Part shown: in pieces, positions 36,924-46,256 of the stretch
How positions within the stretch are numbered: the stretch's first letter is position 1
Layout of the letters: every line of letters begins with the position of its first letter
From: Nitrosopumilus sp.
GTDB lineage: Archaea; Thermoproteota; Nitrososphaeria; Nitrososphaerales; Nitrosopumilaceae
Assembly: GCA_965206745.1 (NCBI GenBank)
Contig: OZ242220.1
Coordinates: forward strand, 384,001-448,000
DNA: 64,000 bases
Reading direction: 5' to 3'
Program-made: the position numbers and the translations under genes
Notes under the pieces: model-generated
Database searches by the model: none
Told to the model about the DNA's origin: nothing
Seen by the model: the letters and a program-made list of their open reading frames with translations, nothing else

Positions 36924-37157
36924 ATGATTTTACAATTTAGATCAAAATTCAACGTAGAAAATCCTCAGTCAATTGAAACTATGAAAACCCATTTGATAGA
37001 AAATCTTGATGATTTTGGGGTCTGGTCTGACAATTATCAGGATTTTATGGATAAGCGAGCAGATGTATTGAGTAAAGAAATTAGGAAGCGAATTATTCCA
37101 CAAAAAATTGACAAACAACCTCACTCTAATTCAGAAGAAGATTATTCAAAAAATTGA
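36924..37157 (+). pseudogene. C-terminal remnant of a GmrSD/DUF262-family protein
   Basis: MKTHLI...WSDNYQDFMDKRADVL resembles DUF262-protein C-termini; no N-terminal part present. Confidence 0.5.
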
Positions 37158-37186
37158 GTAATTATTCTTTAATTTTTAAAGATAAT

Positions 37187-37717
37187 TTATTCTACAGGCT
37201 GTAAAGTATACATAATTACATTGCGTAAATGTCCGTTTACATCGTATTGTGACTCATTACCTGTTTTTTTTACTTTAACTTTACCGATATACTTGTGATC
37301 ACTACCCTGATTATCTTGCCAGAACAAATGTATTTCTTGTCTCTTGGATTCTGCATTTTTTAATCCAGAATTGTTTGAATTGTCATAACTCTGATTACCT
37401 GATAACCCTTGACCCGTATATCGATAAAATCCATCTTTACCAATTCTGTCATTATAGCTATTATTATTTTTATTTTTAATTACGATCCAACACTTGTATT
37501 TTTTGTTGTAACTTATTCCCCATCGTGGATGTCCTACGCGTTTTCGAATAAGTTTTTGTTTATAATATTTTCCTTGTTCAAATGGAAAAGAATCATTTGA
37601 AAGAATTTCATTTTCATCTTCTCTTTTTGGAATTTGAGATAAATCATCACATTTTTTACATTTTAAACCCATTATTGTTTCAATTTTCAATTTTCCACAG
37701 TTTTCACAAAACTCCAA
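37187..37717 (-). CDS. Zn-ribbon + SRA/YDG-like modified-base reader, no nuclease domain
   Basis: FCENCG...CKKC; GISY...YNDR...YRYTGQGLSGNQ...IHLF...YIGKV. Confidence 0.8.
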   Translation of the reverse strand: MEFCENCGKLKIETIMGLKCKKCDDLSQIPKREDENEILSNDSFPFEQGKYYKQKLIRKRVGHPRWGISYNKKYKCWIVIKNKNNNSYNDRIGKDGFYRYTGQGLSGNQSYDNSNNSGLKNAESKRQEIHLFWQDNQGSDHKYIGKVKVKKTGNESQYDVNGHLRNVIMYTLQPVE

Positions 37718-38065
37718 TAAATTTAATTAAATTATTCATATTTTAATTTAAATCACATATTTTGTGTTTGAAGATGTTGTAAATATAACTCGGATCAAAA
37801 TTCATCAAAAGACATGCGATCATATTAAAAATAAGTCTACATAGACTACAAAATGTATGAATATGTCAGTTTAGATGATGTAAAATCAAAATTCACAGAA
37901 TATTAATCAAATGATAAATTAATTGAATGCTGTTTTAAATAACAAAAAATGGTTCTGTATAATTTTGGGGATAAATTCACAATTTATTATCTCTACAAAG
38001 GTAACTATAATCATTTTCTTGGTTTGCCGATAATTGGCATTATTATAACTCTGATTATCTGATAT

Positions 38066-38629
38066 TTATTCTACTGGTCTTAGTAAGAATTCATAGACTT
38101 TTCTATCCTTTCCTTCCTCATCTGGTTGAATATTTTGTATAGTATCTTCAAGTTTTACTAATCCAATGTACTTGTGTTTACTTTCACCGTTTTGTTGTCG
38201 AAACAAATGAATCTCTGTTTTGTTCTTGCTGGAATTATGTACACGGTCATTGGCTCCGGTCAAAGCTTGATCTCCTTTATTTCCTCTTCCAGTATAGTGA
38301 TACAAATTGGTTTGAGGATCAAACCTATCAAGATGTGGATTGTTTTCTTGAAATTGGGGATTATGTGCACTGATAAAAAGTACTAGGAAATTCCCCCTTA
38401 CATGATAATTTATTCCAGGCATCAAACCTAATCCTAATCTATGTCTAACATGACTGTGCAAGTAATATTGTCCCTTTTGAAATGGAAAACTTGGACTATT
38501 GTAGATGACTGCTTTTTTCCTCTGCTCTGCCATCTCTTCCATTTTTTCTAGTTCCTCTTTATCACATTTTGGACATTTTCCCATCTTTGTCTTGAGTAAT
38601 TTTGAACCACATGTATTGCAGAACTTCAA
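38066..38629 (-). CDS. Zn-ribbon + SRA/YDG-like reader, paralog of 37187-37717
   Basis: FCNTCG...CPKC; GINY...HLDR...YHYTGRGNKGDQ...IHLF...YIGLV. Confidence 0.8.
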   Translation of the reverse strand: MKFCNTCGSKLLKTKMGKCPKCDKEELEKMEEMAEQRKKAVIYNSPSFPFQKGQYYLHSHVRHRLGLGLMPGINYHVRGNFLVLFISAHNPQFQENNPHLDRFDPQTNLYHYTGRGNKGDQALTGANDRVHNSSKNKTEIHLFRQQNGESKHKYIGLVKLEDTIQNIQPDEEGKDRKVYEFLLRPVE

Positions 38630-38825
38630 CGAGTCAAACTATGACTTTTCTCTATATGAGTTCTTTTGATTCTCTTAAATTCTGTTATACTAACATATGA
38701 TAAATCCGAGATGTGGATCTTTTTTAATTCAAAAAATCCTATATTTGGGGACGGGCAATCCAACCAATCGACACAATTCTCCAGTCATAGAAATATTCAA
38801 ATTATGATGATTTTACACCAAACCA

Positions 38826-39497
38826 TTGCAGTATGAGATTCTAAAAAACCCGATGGGACTAATCGAGTTCACACTAGACAAGGGCGAAAAGGTAACAGCA
38901 GAGGCTGCAGCCATGGTATACATCAAAGGGAATCTCATAACTGAGACCAAGATGAGAAAGGGTGGATTCCTAAAGTCCATAAAGGCAGCAGCATTTGGCG
39001 GGGAATCATTCTTTGTAAACGAGTTCATTGCACAGGAGGACAACTGCAAGCTGGGACTGACCGGAAACACGCTTGGTGATATCCAGGTGATCAACATACA
39101 GGAGGAATACATCATACAATCAGGCGCATTTGTGGGATCCACCGGAGAACTGACCCTTGACACCAAATGGCAGGGATTCACAAAGGGAATATTTGGAACA
39201 AACATGTTCATGCTAAAGACAGTCGGCAACGGAGACATCTTTGTAAACGCATGGGGCGGAATCATCTCACACACGCTAAAGGCAGGGGAGAAAATGACAC
39301 TTGACAACTATCAGCTCGTTGCACTGAGTTCCACTGCAGGTTACAACGTCACAAGACATGGCAACCTAAAGACCACGCTGTTTGGCGGGGAGGCACTAGT
39401 AATAGAGATCACAGGACCTGGAACCGTATACATTCAGACCAAGAATGTGATGGAGTTTGTACGCTCTATAATCCCGTTCCTCCCAAATAGACGCTAG
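38826..39497 (+). CDS. AIM24 (TIGR00266) family protein
   Basis: AEAAAMV...GGESFFVNEF...GGEALV...GPGTVYIQT. Confidence 0.9.
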   Translation: MQYEILKNPMGLIEFTLDKGEKVTAEAAAMVYIKGNLITETKMRKGGFLKSIKAAAFGGESFFVNEFIAQEDNCKLGLTGNTLGDIQVINIQEEYIIQSGAFVGSTGELTLDTKWQGFTKGIFGTNMFMLKTVGNGDIFVNAWGGIISHTLKAGEKMTLDNYQLVALSSTAGYNVTRHGNLKTTLFGGEALVIEITGPGTVYIQTKNVMEFVRSIIPFLPNRR

Positions 39498-40732
39498 CTT
39501 TTCAGTCTTTTATACGCAAAGAACACAATGATGACTCCAAGTGCAGCCAGACCCAGATAGATGTAAATCATACCTGCCAGATCACTTGACTCGTTATAGT
39601 CTGATACCCTGACTGGTTGAATGGTACTGTCTGGACTATCAATTGGAACGACCCTGAGGATTTTGTCGTCATTGGTGCCAGGAGACCCGCGTCCGTCCTG
39701 ATTGCTAGTCAGAATGTACAGAAATCCGTCCGGCCCCGTCTGGACATCCCTTAACCGTCCAAACTCGTCTTGGAATATCTTTTGATGGGAGATAACAGAG
39801 TTGTTTTGCAGGTCAAAGTCAATCATGTGCAGATGACTTCCACGAAGAGTTGCAACAAAGTACTTTCCAGACCACTGTGGAATTTTTTTGCCATGGTAAA
39901 ACTCTGCCCCCGATGGCGCCCATGTGTCCTCTCCTGTGTGCAGAATCGAATTCTGCAGGCCCTCGACTGTCTCATCTCCAATCACATCTGGCCATCCATA
40001 ATTTCCCCCTGGCACTATCACGTTGACTTCATCATGTGCTGTTCCCCTAAATCCGGAAGGCCCGTGTTCCGTTGCAACCAGATTCCCTGCATCATCCCAG
40101 TCAAGTCCCTGGGGGTTTCTATGCCCTATGGAGTAGATTGGAGAGTCCTTCCATGGGTTGTCCTCCGGTATTGTTCCGTCTGGGTTGATTCGCAGAATCT
40201 TTCCCCCCAATGAATCCAGATCCTGTGAGAGTTCTGGATTTCCTGCATCCCCTGTAGTCACGTAGAGTTTCCCGTCAGGCCCGAACTGAATCCTCCCCCC
40301 GTCATGGAACGGGCCTCCGGGAATCCCTTCAATCAAAACCCTGTCCTCATTTATCATCCCGTTTACCATTTGGTAGCGGACCAGCTTGTTTAGTGTCGAG
40401 AGAAACTCGTTGTATGTATAGTATACATAGATGTAATGGTTCTCTGAATAGTTTGGATCAACTGCAACCCCGAGCATTCCTCCCTCCACACCCCCGACTC
40501 CCAGTGAGAGCAGTGGCTCTTGTAATAACTGTCCGTTTTTAATGGCCCTTAGTTCCCCCTCCCTTTCAGTAAAGAGGATCATTCCATCAGGAGTCCAGTC
40601 TATACTCCATGGTATGGTCAGGTTTTCGGCAACAGTCTCCACCCTTACTCCCAATTCGGGATATTCTTGGGCAAATGCTGCTGGAATCAGTGATAATAAC
40701 ATCAAACAGATAATGATTTGTCTCATTGCCAT
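39494..40732 (-). CDS. PQQ-dependent sugar dehydrogenase (GSDH family), membrane-anchored
   Basis: HDGGRIQFGPDGKLYVTTGD, GHRNPQG, GRLRDV. Confidence 0.92.
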   Translation of the reverse strand: MAMRQIIICLMLLSLIPAAFAQEYPELGVRVETVAENLTIPWSIDWTPDGMILFTEREGELRAIKNGQLLQEPLLSLGVGGVEGGMLGVAVDPNYSENHYIYVYYTYNEFLSTLNKLVRYQMVNGMINEDRVLIEGIPGGPFHDGGRIQFGPDGKLYVTTGDAGNPELSQDLDSLGGKILRINPDGTIPEDNPWKDSPIYSIGHRNPQGLDWDDAGNLVATEHGPSGFRGTAHDEVNVIVPGGNYGWPDVIGDETVEGLQNSILHTGEDTWAPSGAEFYHGKKIPQWSGKYFVATLRGSHLHMIDFDLQNNSVISHQKIFQDEFGRLRDVQTGPDGFLYILTSNQDGRGSPGTNDDKILRVVPIDSPDSTIQPVRVSDYNESSDLAGMIYIYLGLAALGVIIVFFAYKRLKS

Positions 40733-41000
40733 TCAATCTCTGATTCCTATTTTAGTCCTGTTTATGTCTCTGTAACTGTGTAACCCTTGCAACAAGATTG
40801 TCAATTTGGGCCCTTAGTTGTATTATGACCTCGTTGGATTTTTGCAAGTTCATTTCAAGCTCTCTGTTTGTAGTTCTTTCGTCTTTCATGATTGTAAGAT
40901 ATAGTCATGATTGTTGGTTCATACTTACATCTTGCTGACAAAACTGTAAGCACTGTCCTCATACTTGATTTCTCATGTTCAAAATTTGTTAATTTTCAAA

Positions 41001-41185
41001 AATACTCCTAAAATTTACTTAAATACTGTTTTTTGAAATAGTATTTAAAACATGAGCATAAACCTAGAAAAATCCCATTTTTCTCGATTATACGATTATT
41101 TTAAAACGTATAATCAGGCGTAATTGTACACACAATTCATGGCTTTGTTGAATTAAAACCTAGAAAAAGCGATAAATTCTCGATT
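41001..41185. repeat. Non-coding cluster of hairpins and a bipartite direct repeat
   Basis: AAACCTAGAAAAA-N8-TTCTCGATT at 41060 and 41156; inverted repeats at 41019-41048 and 41086-41115. Confidence 0.7.
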
Positions 41186-41412
41186 TAAGTTCATAGAACA
41201 TGGATCCGTATTTCAAGTCTCGAAGATTACACAGAACCATCCAGACATGATTTATTTTGTAATCTTTATCTTCTTTGATTTAATTTTGTTAAACTGTAGA
41301 TCTAAAAGATGATACAAACAGAATCATGCAACAAAACCAAATATTTATCCTAAATCTTGATCCAATTGTTTGATTCCACATTCAATTTAGATTTATGAAT
41401 ACATGTCGTTTT

Positions 41413-42204
41413 TTAAAGTAAAACCGGATAAAATCCGTCTTCTTCATGATAAGCATATTTTCCACCTTCTATCGTCGTCGTTATCGGTTCGGTAATGTCA
41501 TGGCCTGATCCAACTGTTTCCTCGATAGTTGTAATTGGATGCATTTTTCCTGTTCGTTCAAATTTAGATCGTTTGTTAGATGAATAGTCATAACGAATTA
41601 GAAATTTTTCGTGACATAGATATTCAATTGCTGCTTTTGTTGGCTGATTATTTTGAATTATTTTTTTTGGAAGATTTGTTTTCAGATCCTCTTTGGTAAA
41701 TAATCTATTTTTGAATCGTGAATCAATTTCTTTTAAAAATGTAGAAATCTTTGATGCTGGATCATATATGCTTCCTAAGTGTATTGCATGCCTGTTTCCT
41801 TTATGATTAATCACAAAACAAGTAATATCGTAAGAATCTTTGTGTGTGTGGCAAAAAACATACTTGGAAACTTTCCCGTGAATTTTCTTTTCTCCCTCTT
41901 TTATCAAAAATGGCGAACTGTATTTTTTTGGAATTGATTCTTCAATTGAAGATAGAACTTGTTTATTGAATTTAATGGAACTTACTATGTTGTTTGCGTC
42001 ATGAATTTTATTTTGAGGTAACACAATAGTTATTCCATCTTCAGAATAATCTCTGGTAATTAGTAATTTATATTCCAAGTGTGCAATTGCATCTAACATG
42101 TGAGGCCTATCTCTGGTGGTAAACGTACCTAGAAATTGCCTTTGTTCTAAGGCATAACTTGATTTTAGGAGATTTACAAGTACTATCTCTTCGTATTTAT
42201 TCAA
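41413..42204 (-). CDS. Hypothetical protein sharing a domain with the C-terminus of the nearby DNA methyltransferase
   Basis: aa ~91-220 align by eye to the C-terminal extension of 43944-45308. Confidence 0.8.
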   Translation of the reverse strand: MNKYEEIVLVNLLKSSYALEQRQFLGTFTTRDRPHMLDAIAHLEYKLLITRDYSEDGITIVLPQNKIHDANNIVSSIKFNKQVLSSIEESIPKKYSSPFLIKEGEKKIHGKVSKYVFCHTHKDSYDITCFVINHKGNRHAIHLGSIYDPASKISTFLKEIDSRFKNRLFTKEDLKTNLPKKIIQNNQPTKAAIEYLCHEKFLIRYDYSSNKRSKFERTGKMHPITTIEETVGSGHDITEPITTTIEGGKYAYHEEDGFYPVLL

Positions 42205-42339
42205 CAGTAAATCCCTGTATTGATACTATAAATATTTTATGGCATATACCTTACTTTGTTCATTAAAATAACTAAAACTATCATATATGTTAACTATTTT
42301 ACAAGTAAATATCATATAGGAGGATCTTTCAGTATTTTC

Positions 42340-42708
42340 ATGCCAGTCACACCTCCCGAGGAACAAGAGGGAGTCTTTACAAGAATCTTCCAAAATGGTT
42401 CTACAGCAAAAGTGATTGATTTCTTTTTGGATCATAGAGACCTTGATTATTCACTAGCTGAAGTATCAGACAAGGCAAAGATCTCAATCCAGACTACATC
42501 CAAAGAAATAAGCAATTTAGAAAAAATGGGTTTTCTAACAAATCAACGAACTATTGGAAAAACCATGATGTATAGGTGGAATTCGGACACAGATGTGTTA
42601 AGATTATTGCAGGAATTTGCTTTACTGATAGCACAGACACCTTCTTTCCAAAATTATCCTGAAAAAACAGAAAGGCAGGATATTATTGAAAGTACAATAA
42701 ATCACTAG
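42340..42708 (+). CDS. Winged-helix (ArsR-like) transcriptional regulator
   Basis: AKVIDFFL...YSLAEVSDKAKIS...RTIGKTMMYRWN; start at ATG 42340. Confidence 0.8.
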   Translation: MPVTPPEEQEGVFTRIFQNGSTAKVIDFFLDHRDLDYSLAEVSDKAKISIQTTSKEISNLEKMGFLTNQRTIGKTMMYRWNSDTDVLRLLQEFALLIAQTPSFQNYPEKTERQDIIESTINH

Positions 42709-43203
42709 TTTTTTTATATAAATTCGTATGATGCCATCACATCTTTTAGTTGGGTATAAATCAACATTGTTGAGAATTTTTTTGTACTTAGTTTTTTTGA
42801 ATAACTGATCTCATACATAAATTCTAGAGTTTCATAATGCTCTGTAAAATGTTTCTAACACTTAATATCAATCTATTAACATAAAACATTGTGATTAGAT
42901 TTCAGATGATATCAATACAAAATATCTGTATATAGTGCTGTTCAAAAATTCATCCCTATCTTTACTGCCTTCGCTTAAGGTAAATAACTGGATCTACTCC
43001 GATGAACTTTTGTTTGTCACTATGTAGGAAAAAACATATGGCATTGTAATGCCTCATCCTTAATCTGTGGGATTGGTTCTTGTTTACAGATTCTAACTTG
43101 TTTTGGATGATTTTGACATCTTGATTGCAAAATTTATTCGTATTTGACGTCTGATTTTGATGTGCAGAAAAGTTCCATTTACAGACAACGCTATTTAGAA
43201 CAA

Positions 43204-43947
43204 CTAAATCTGACTGATTCTTTTGTGAGCTATTTTATAGTTTTTTTCATCTTTTTCAAAACAAATGTATTTCCTGTTTAATTCTGTTGCCACTTTACAT
43301 ACTATGCCTTGTCCTGCAAATGGATCTAGAATAATGTCTTTTTCATACGTGAAAATCTGGATTAATCTTGCTATGATTTCATAGGGAATTCTATCTTGAA
43401 ATTCTGATTTCTTTTTAGGCTGCACAAACCATACTGAATCGTTCCACTCCGTTTTGACTTCACCATCAATATCTATTTTTGATATGCGCTCCTCACTGTC
43501 TACATACTCAAATTCAGAACCCTTTCTTTGAAATATATGAATGGTTGAAAATGGTGTATCTTCATAATTTATCAAAATCCCACTTTCCATAGGATTGATA
43601 CTTTCAGTTGATGATTTTGGACTTTTTACCCATATGATCTCTTCATGTTTCTCCCAATCCTCCAAATTCTTTGATTCCATCATCTGAAAAATATTTTTGG
43701 ACACCGAGGACATTGTCTGATTTGAATTCTTTTCTTCATCAAGAATTAAGCAACAAATTCCTCCGTTTTTTGTAACTTTGGCAATCTGTTTTATGATGAT
43801 TTGAAGTTTTGTCAAATATTCCTCATTCAAATCCTCACAAGTGATGTATGGTGGTTTAATTATTGAAAGAGTAATGTTTTTTTCATTATGCCATTTTGTA
43901 ATATTTTGACTATCATCACAAATTATTTGTTCAACTTTTGATTTCAT
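43204..43947 (-). CDS. Beta-class DNA methyltransferase homolog with degenerate catalytic motif
   Basis: IIKPPY in place of (D/S)PPY; IIWVK; LDPFAGQG SAM motif; ATGA overlap with upstream MTase. Confidence 0.8.
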   Translation of the reverse strand: MKSKVEQIICDDSQNITKWHNEKNITLSIIKPPYITCEDLNEEYLTKLQIIIKQIAKVTKNGGICCLILDEEKNSNQTMSSVSKNIFQMMESKNLEDWEKHEEIIWVKSPKSSTESINPMESGILINYEDTPFSTIHIFQRKGSEFEYVDSEERISKIDIDGEVKTEWNDSVWFVQPKKKSEFQDRIPYEIIARLIQIFTYEKDIILDPFAGQGIVCKVATELNRKYICFEKDEKNYKIAHKRISQI

Positions 43948-45308
43948 TTGGTATTTTTCTTTGCTCTAGTCTTTATTTTAGTTTTTACGGTTAGTTTCAA
44001 TTTGATTCCTGTTTTCTGATATAATTCAGCCATGCGTTTTTTTCTACCTGTTTTTTCAATTTTCTTTTCATAAAGAAGAATATCAATAATTGCTTTTACC
44101 GGTTGTCTATTTTCAACTAGTCTTTCTGGTAAAATTGTATTCAAACTTGCTTTATGAAATTCACTATTTGGTAATTTTTTCAATGCAGTGCCCAAATGTG
44201 ATTTAGGATCTTTGATATTTCCTAAATTTATTCGTGTGGTTAGTTTCATATCTCTTCCCATTATATAACATATGTAATTCCCTGTGTTGTTTTTGTAATA
44301 GACGTAAGTACTTTTGAATCCTCTTATTTCTTTTTCAGAGACTTCTTTGAATTTGAATTTATAACCTTTTGGAACTTTTGGAACATCAAGATGTACATCA
44401 TCTTTCTTGCCTGATTCTTCTGCATCAGTCCACTCAATTGGATGATAAACTGGAATCATAAAATTTGATGATGTGAATTTTTCATCTAGTCTTTTTTTTG
44501 CTAATTCTACATATTGTTTTCTTAAATCCACTCCGATGAAATTTCTTTTTAGTAATTTTGCCATTTTTGTTGTCTGACCGCTTCCATTCATTGGATCTAG
44601 TACCGCGTCTCCTTTCTTTGAATATAGTTGGATTAGCCTCCATGGAATTTGCTCTGGAAATACTGCAGGATGTTTAACCACTCTCGGCGGGACAGGCGTA
44701 ATATCCCAAATGGATAGTGATACCTGTCTTTTCATAGCCCTGTTTAATGGAATTGTTTCGGTATTTCTTCTATCAAATATCTCTTTCTCTCCTCCCTTTT
44801 CTAACACTATGATGTATTCATGCATGATATTTGATCTATAGTATGTTGGATAGGAATACTGTACAAAAATGCCAAATCTATTTCCTGCTCCATTTCTTCC
44901 TGCAGTCACTTTATTCCAAATTATGGTGTCTCGTAAATGCCATCCCAATTCATTTTCTTCTTCTTTGATTAGTCTTGATATCAACAAACTTGACAGTGGT
45001 ATTAATTTTCCATTTGAAACTTCATCACCAATTACAATACAGCAGAATCCTCCCGGTTTGGTCACTTTTAATACTTCGGAAAATATTTGCTCCATTTCAT
45101 CCAAGTATTTCTTAGTGGTAGTTCCACCATTTCCACGAAATGATGCTTTTTGAGAATTTTTTTCATTTTTTACGTGCTGTGAATAGTTTATTGCGTTTCC
45201 ATAAGGTGGTGAAGTGATAGTTAGAGAAATACTATTTGGCTTGATAAATTTGGATAGTTCTTTGCTATTTGCATTAATGATGTCATTTACTATGAATTTT
45301 TTTGCCAT
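43944..45308 (-). CDS. Beta-class N4-C/N6-A DNA methyltransferase with extra C-terminal domain
   Basis: TSPPY, IIWNK, HPAVFP, LDPMNGSG. Confidence 0.9.
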   Translation of the reverse strand: MAKKFIVNDIINANSKELSKFIKPNSISLTITSPPYGNAINYSQHVKNEKNSQKASFRGNGGTTTKKYLDEMEQIFSEVLKVTKPGGFCCIVIGDEVSNGKLIPLSSLLISRLIKEEENELGWHLRDTIIWNKVTAGRNGAGNRFGIFVQYSYPTYYRSNIMHEYIIVLEKGGEKEIFDRRNTETIPLNRAMKRQVSLSIWDITPVPPRVVKHPAVFPEQIPWRLIQLYSKKGDAVLDPMNGSGQTTKMAKLLKRNFIGVDLRKQYVELAKKRLDEKFTSSNFMIPVYHPIEWTDAEESGKKDDVHLDVPKVPKGYKFKFKEVSEKEIRGFKSTYVYYKNNTGNYICYIMGRDMKLTTRINLGNIKDPKSHLGTALKKLPNSEFHKASLNTILPERLVENRQPVKAIIDILLYEKKIEKTGRKKRMAELYQKTGIKLKLTVKTKIKTRAKKNTK

Positions 45309-45648
45309 GCTCTGATCCCTTGATGTTCAAGCTATAAAGGTTTCGAAAGATAAAATCTTTTATAATTTTTTCCTAGTTCTAAATTTTAATTTCTATATTT
45401 TTAGTAACCAGTTTAATCGTTATCTGATTAGTTTTATTTTTATACATTAATCACGTATTGGTAAAAGAATGTACTAGCTAACATCTCTAAAAATTTTGTA
45501 GATTCTTTTAATTTCTGAAATCTATTTTTTAATCAATTTAATGGATTCAGTTTTTTTCATAATTATTTTATTTATATTTTGTAAGTTGTATGTGATATGA
45601 TTTTTCAATATCTATAATAACAAAAGATAATCTGTTACTGGACAGTCT

Positions 45649-45963
45649 TCATGGTTTGACATCGGCAGGCGGATTCAACCTCTGCTCCTCACCGATTCTA
45701 TCAAAGCAGTCCTCTAGTTCCTCTGACTGGCCGATGTATAGTTCCCTGCACTCCTGTTCGAGGTACGTCTTTTGATATAGCTGCCATGTGTCCTCATCTC
45801 GCTGTCCCTCATCTGTGCTGATTTTGGGATTCTCCTGCGGAACGAGGAATTCACTCCAAACATCCTTGTCCTGATGATCCTCCTGCACTACTAACTGGAC
45901 TAGAAATACTCCAAGTATTGCGGCAACTGGAATCACTATTGCCATTATTATCACTGGTCTCAT
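45649..45963 (-). CDS. Membrane-anchored hypothetical protein
   Basis: N-terminal TM helix, Cys pair; overlaps upstream ORF. Confidence 0.65.
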   Translation of the reverse strand: MRPVIIMAIVIPVAAILGVFLVQLVVQEDHQDKDVWSEFLVPQENPKISTDEGQRDEDTWQLYQKTYLEQECRELYIGQSEELEDCFDRIGEEQRLNPPADVKP

Positions 45964-46256
45964 TTCTTGTCCTTTTCTTTCTTGTTAAAGATGAGATCAG
46001 AGTCCCCTTCTTTGAGCTTGTATTCCTCAAACTCTTTCTTCTGCTTTATCATCGTCTTTCTATACTCCTCTTCCATGAAATCCCCTGCAAGGATTCTCAA
46101 CTTAAGGGTATGGAATTCAAAACCAGTTCTCTCAAATGCACGTCTCTTGTCATCAAATGAGAAATCATCAATTCTCTCTTGGTACTTGCACTCCTCATCA
46201 CATGGAAGTAATCGGCTGCAAATTGCACAGACACGCTCAATCCTGCTACAAATCAA
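45960..46256 (-). CDS. Small Cys-rich hypothetical protein
   Basis: C-x5-VCAIC...PC...C; overlaps both neighbours by 4 nt. Confidence 0.6.
   Translation of the reverse strand: MICSRIERVCAICSRLLPCDEECKYQERIDDFSFDDKRRAFERTGFEFHTLKLRILAGDFMEEEYRKTMIKQKKEFEEYKLKEGDSDLIFNKKEKDKK

Noticed and set aside
42709-43203. Remnant of a cognate restriction endonuclease downstream of the MTases
   Set aside because: No recognisable catalytic motif or sustained reading frame; needs tBLASTx.
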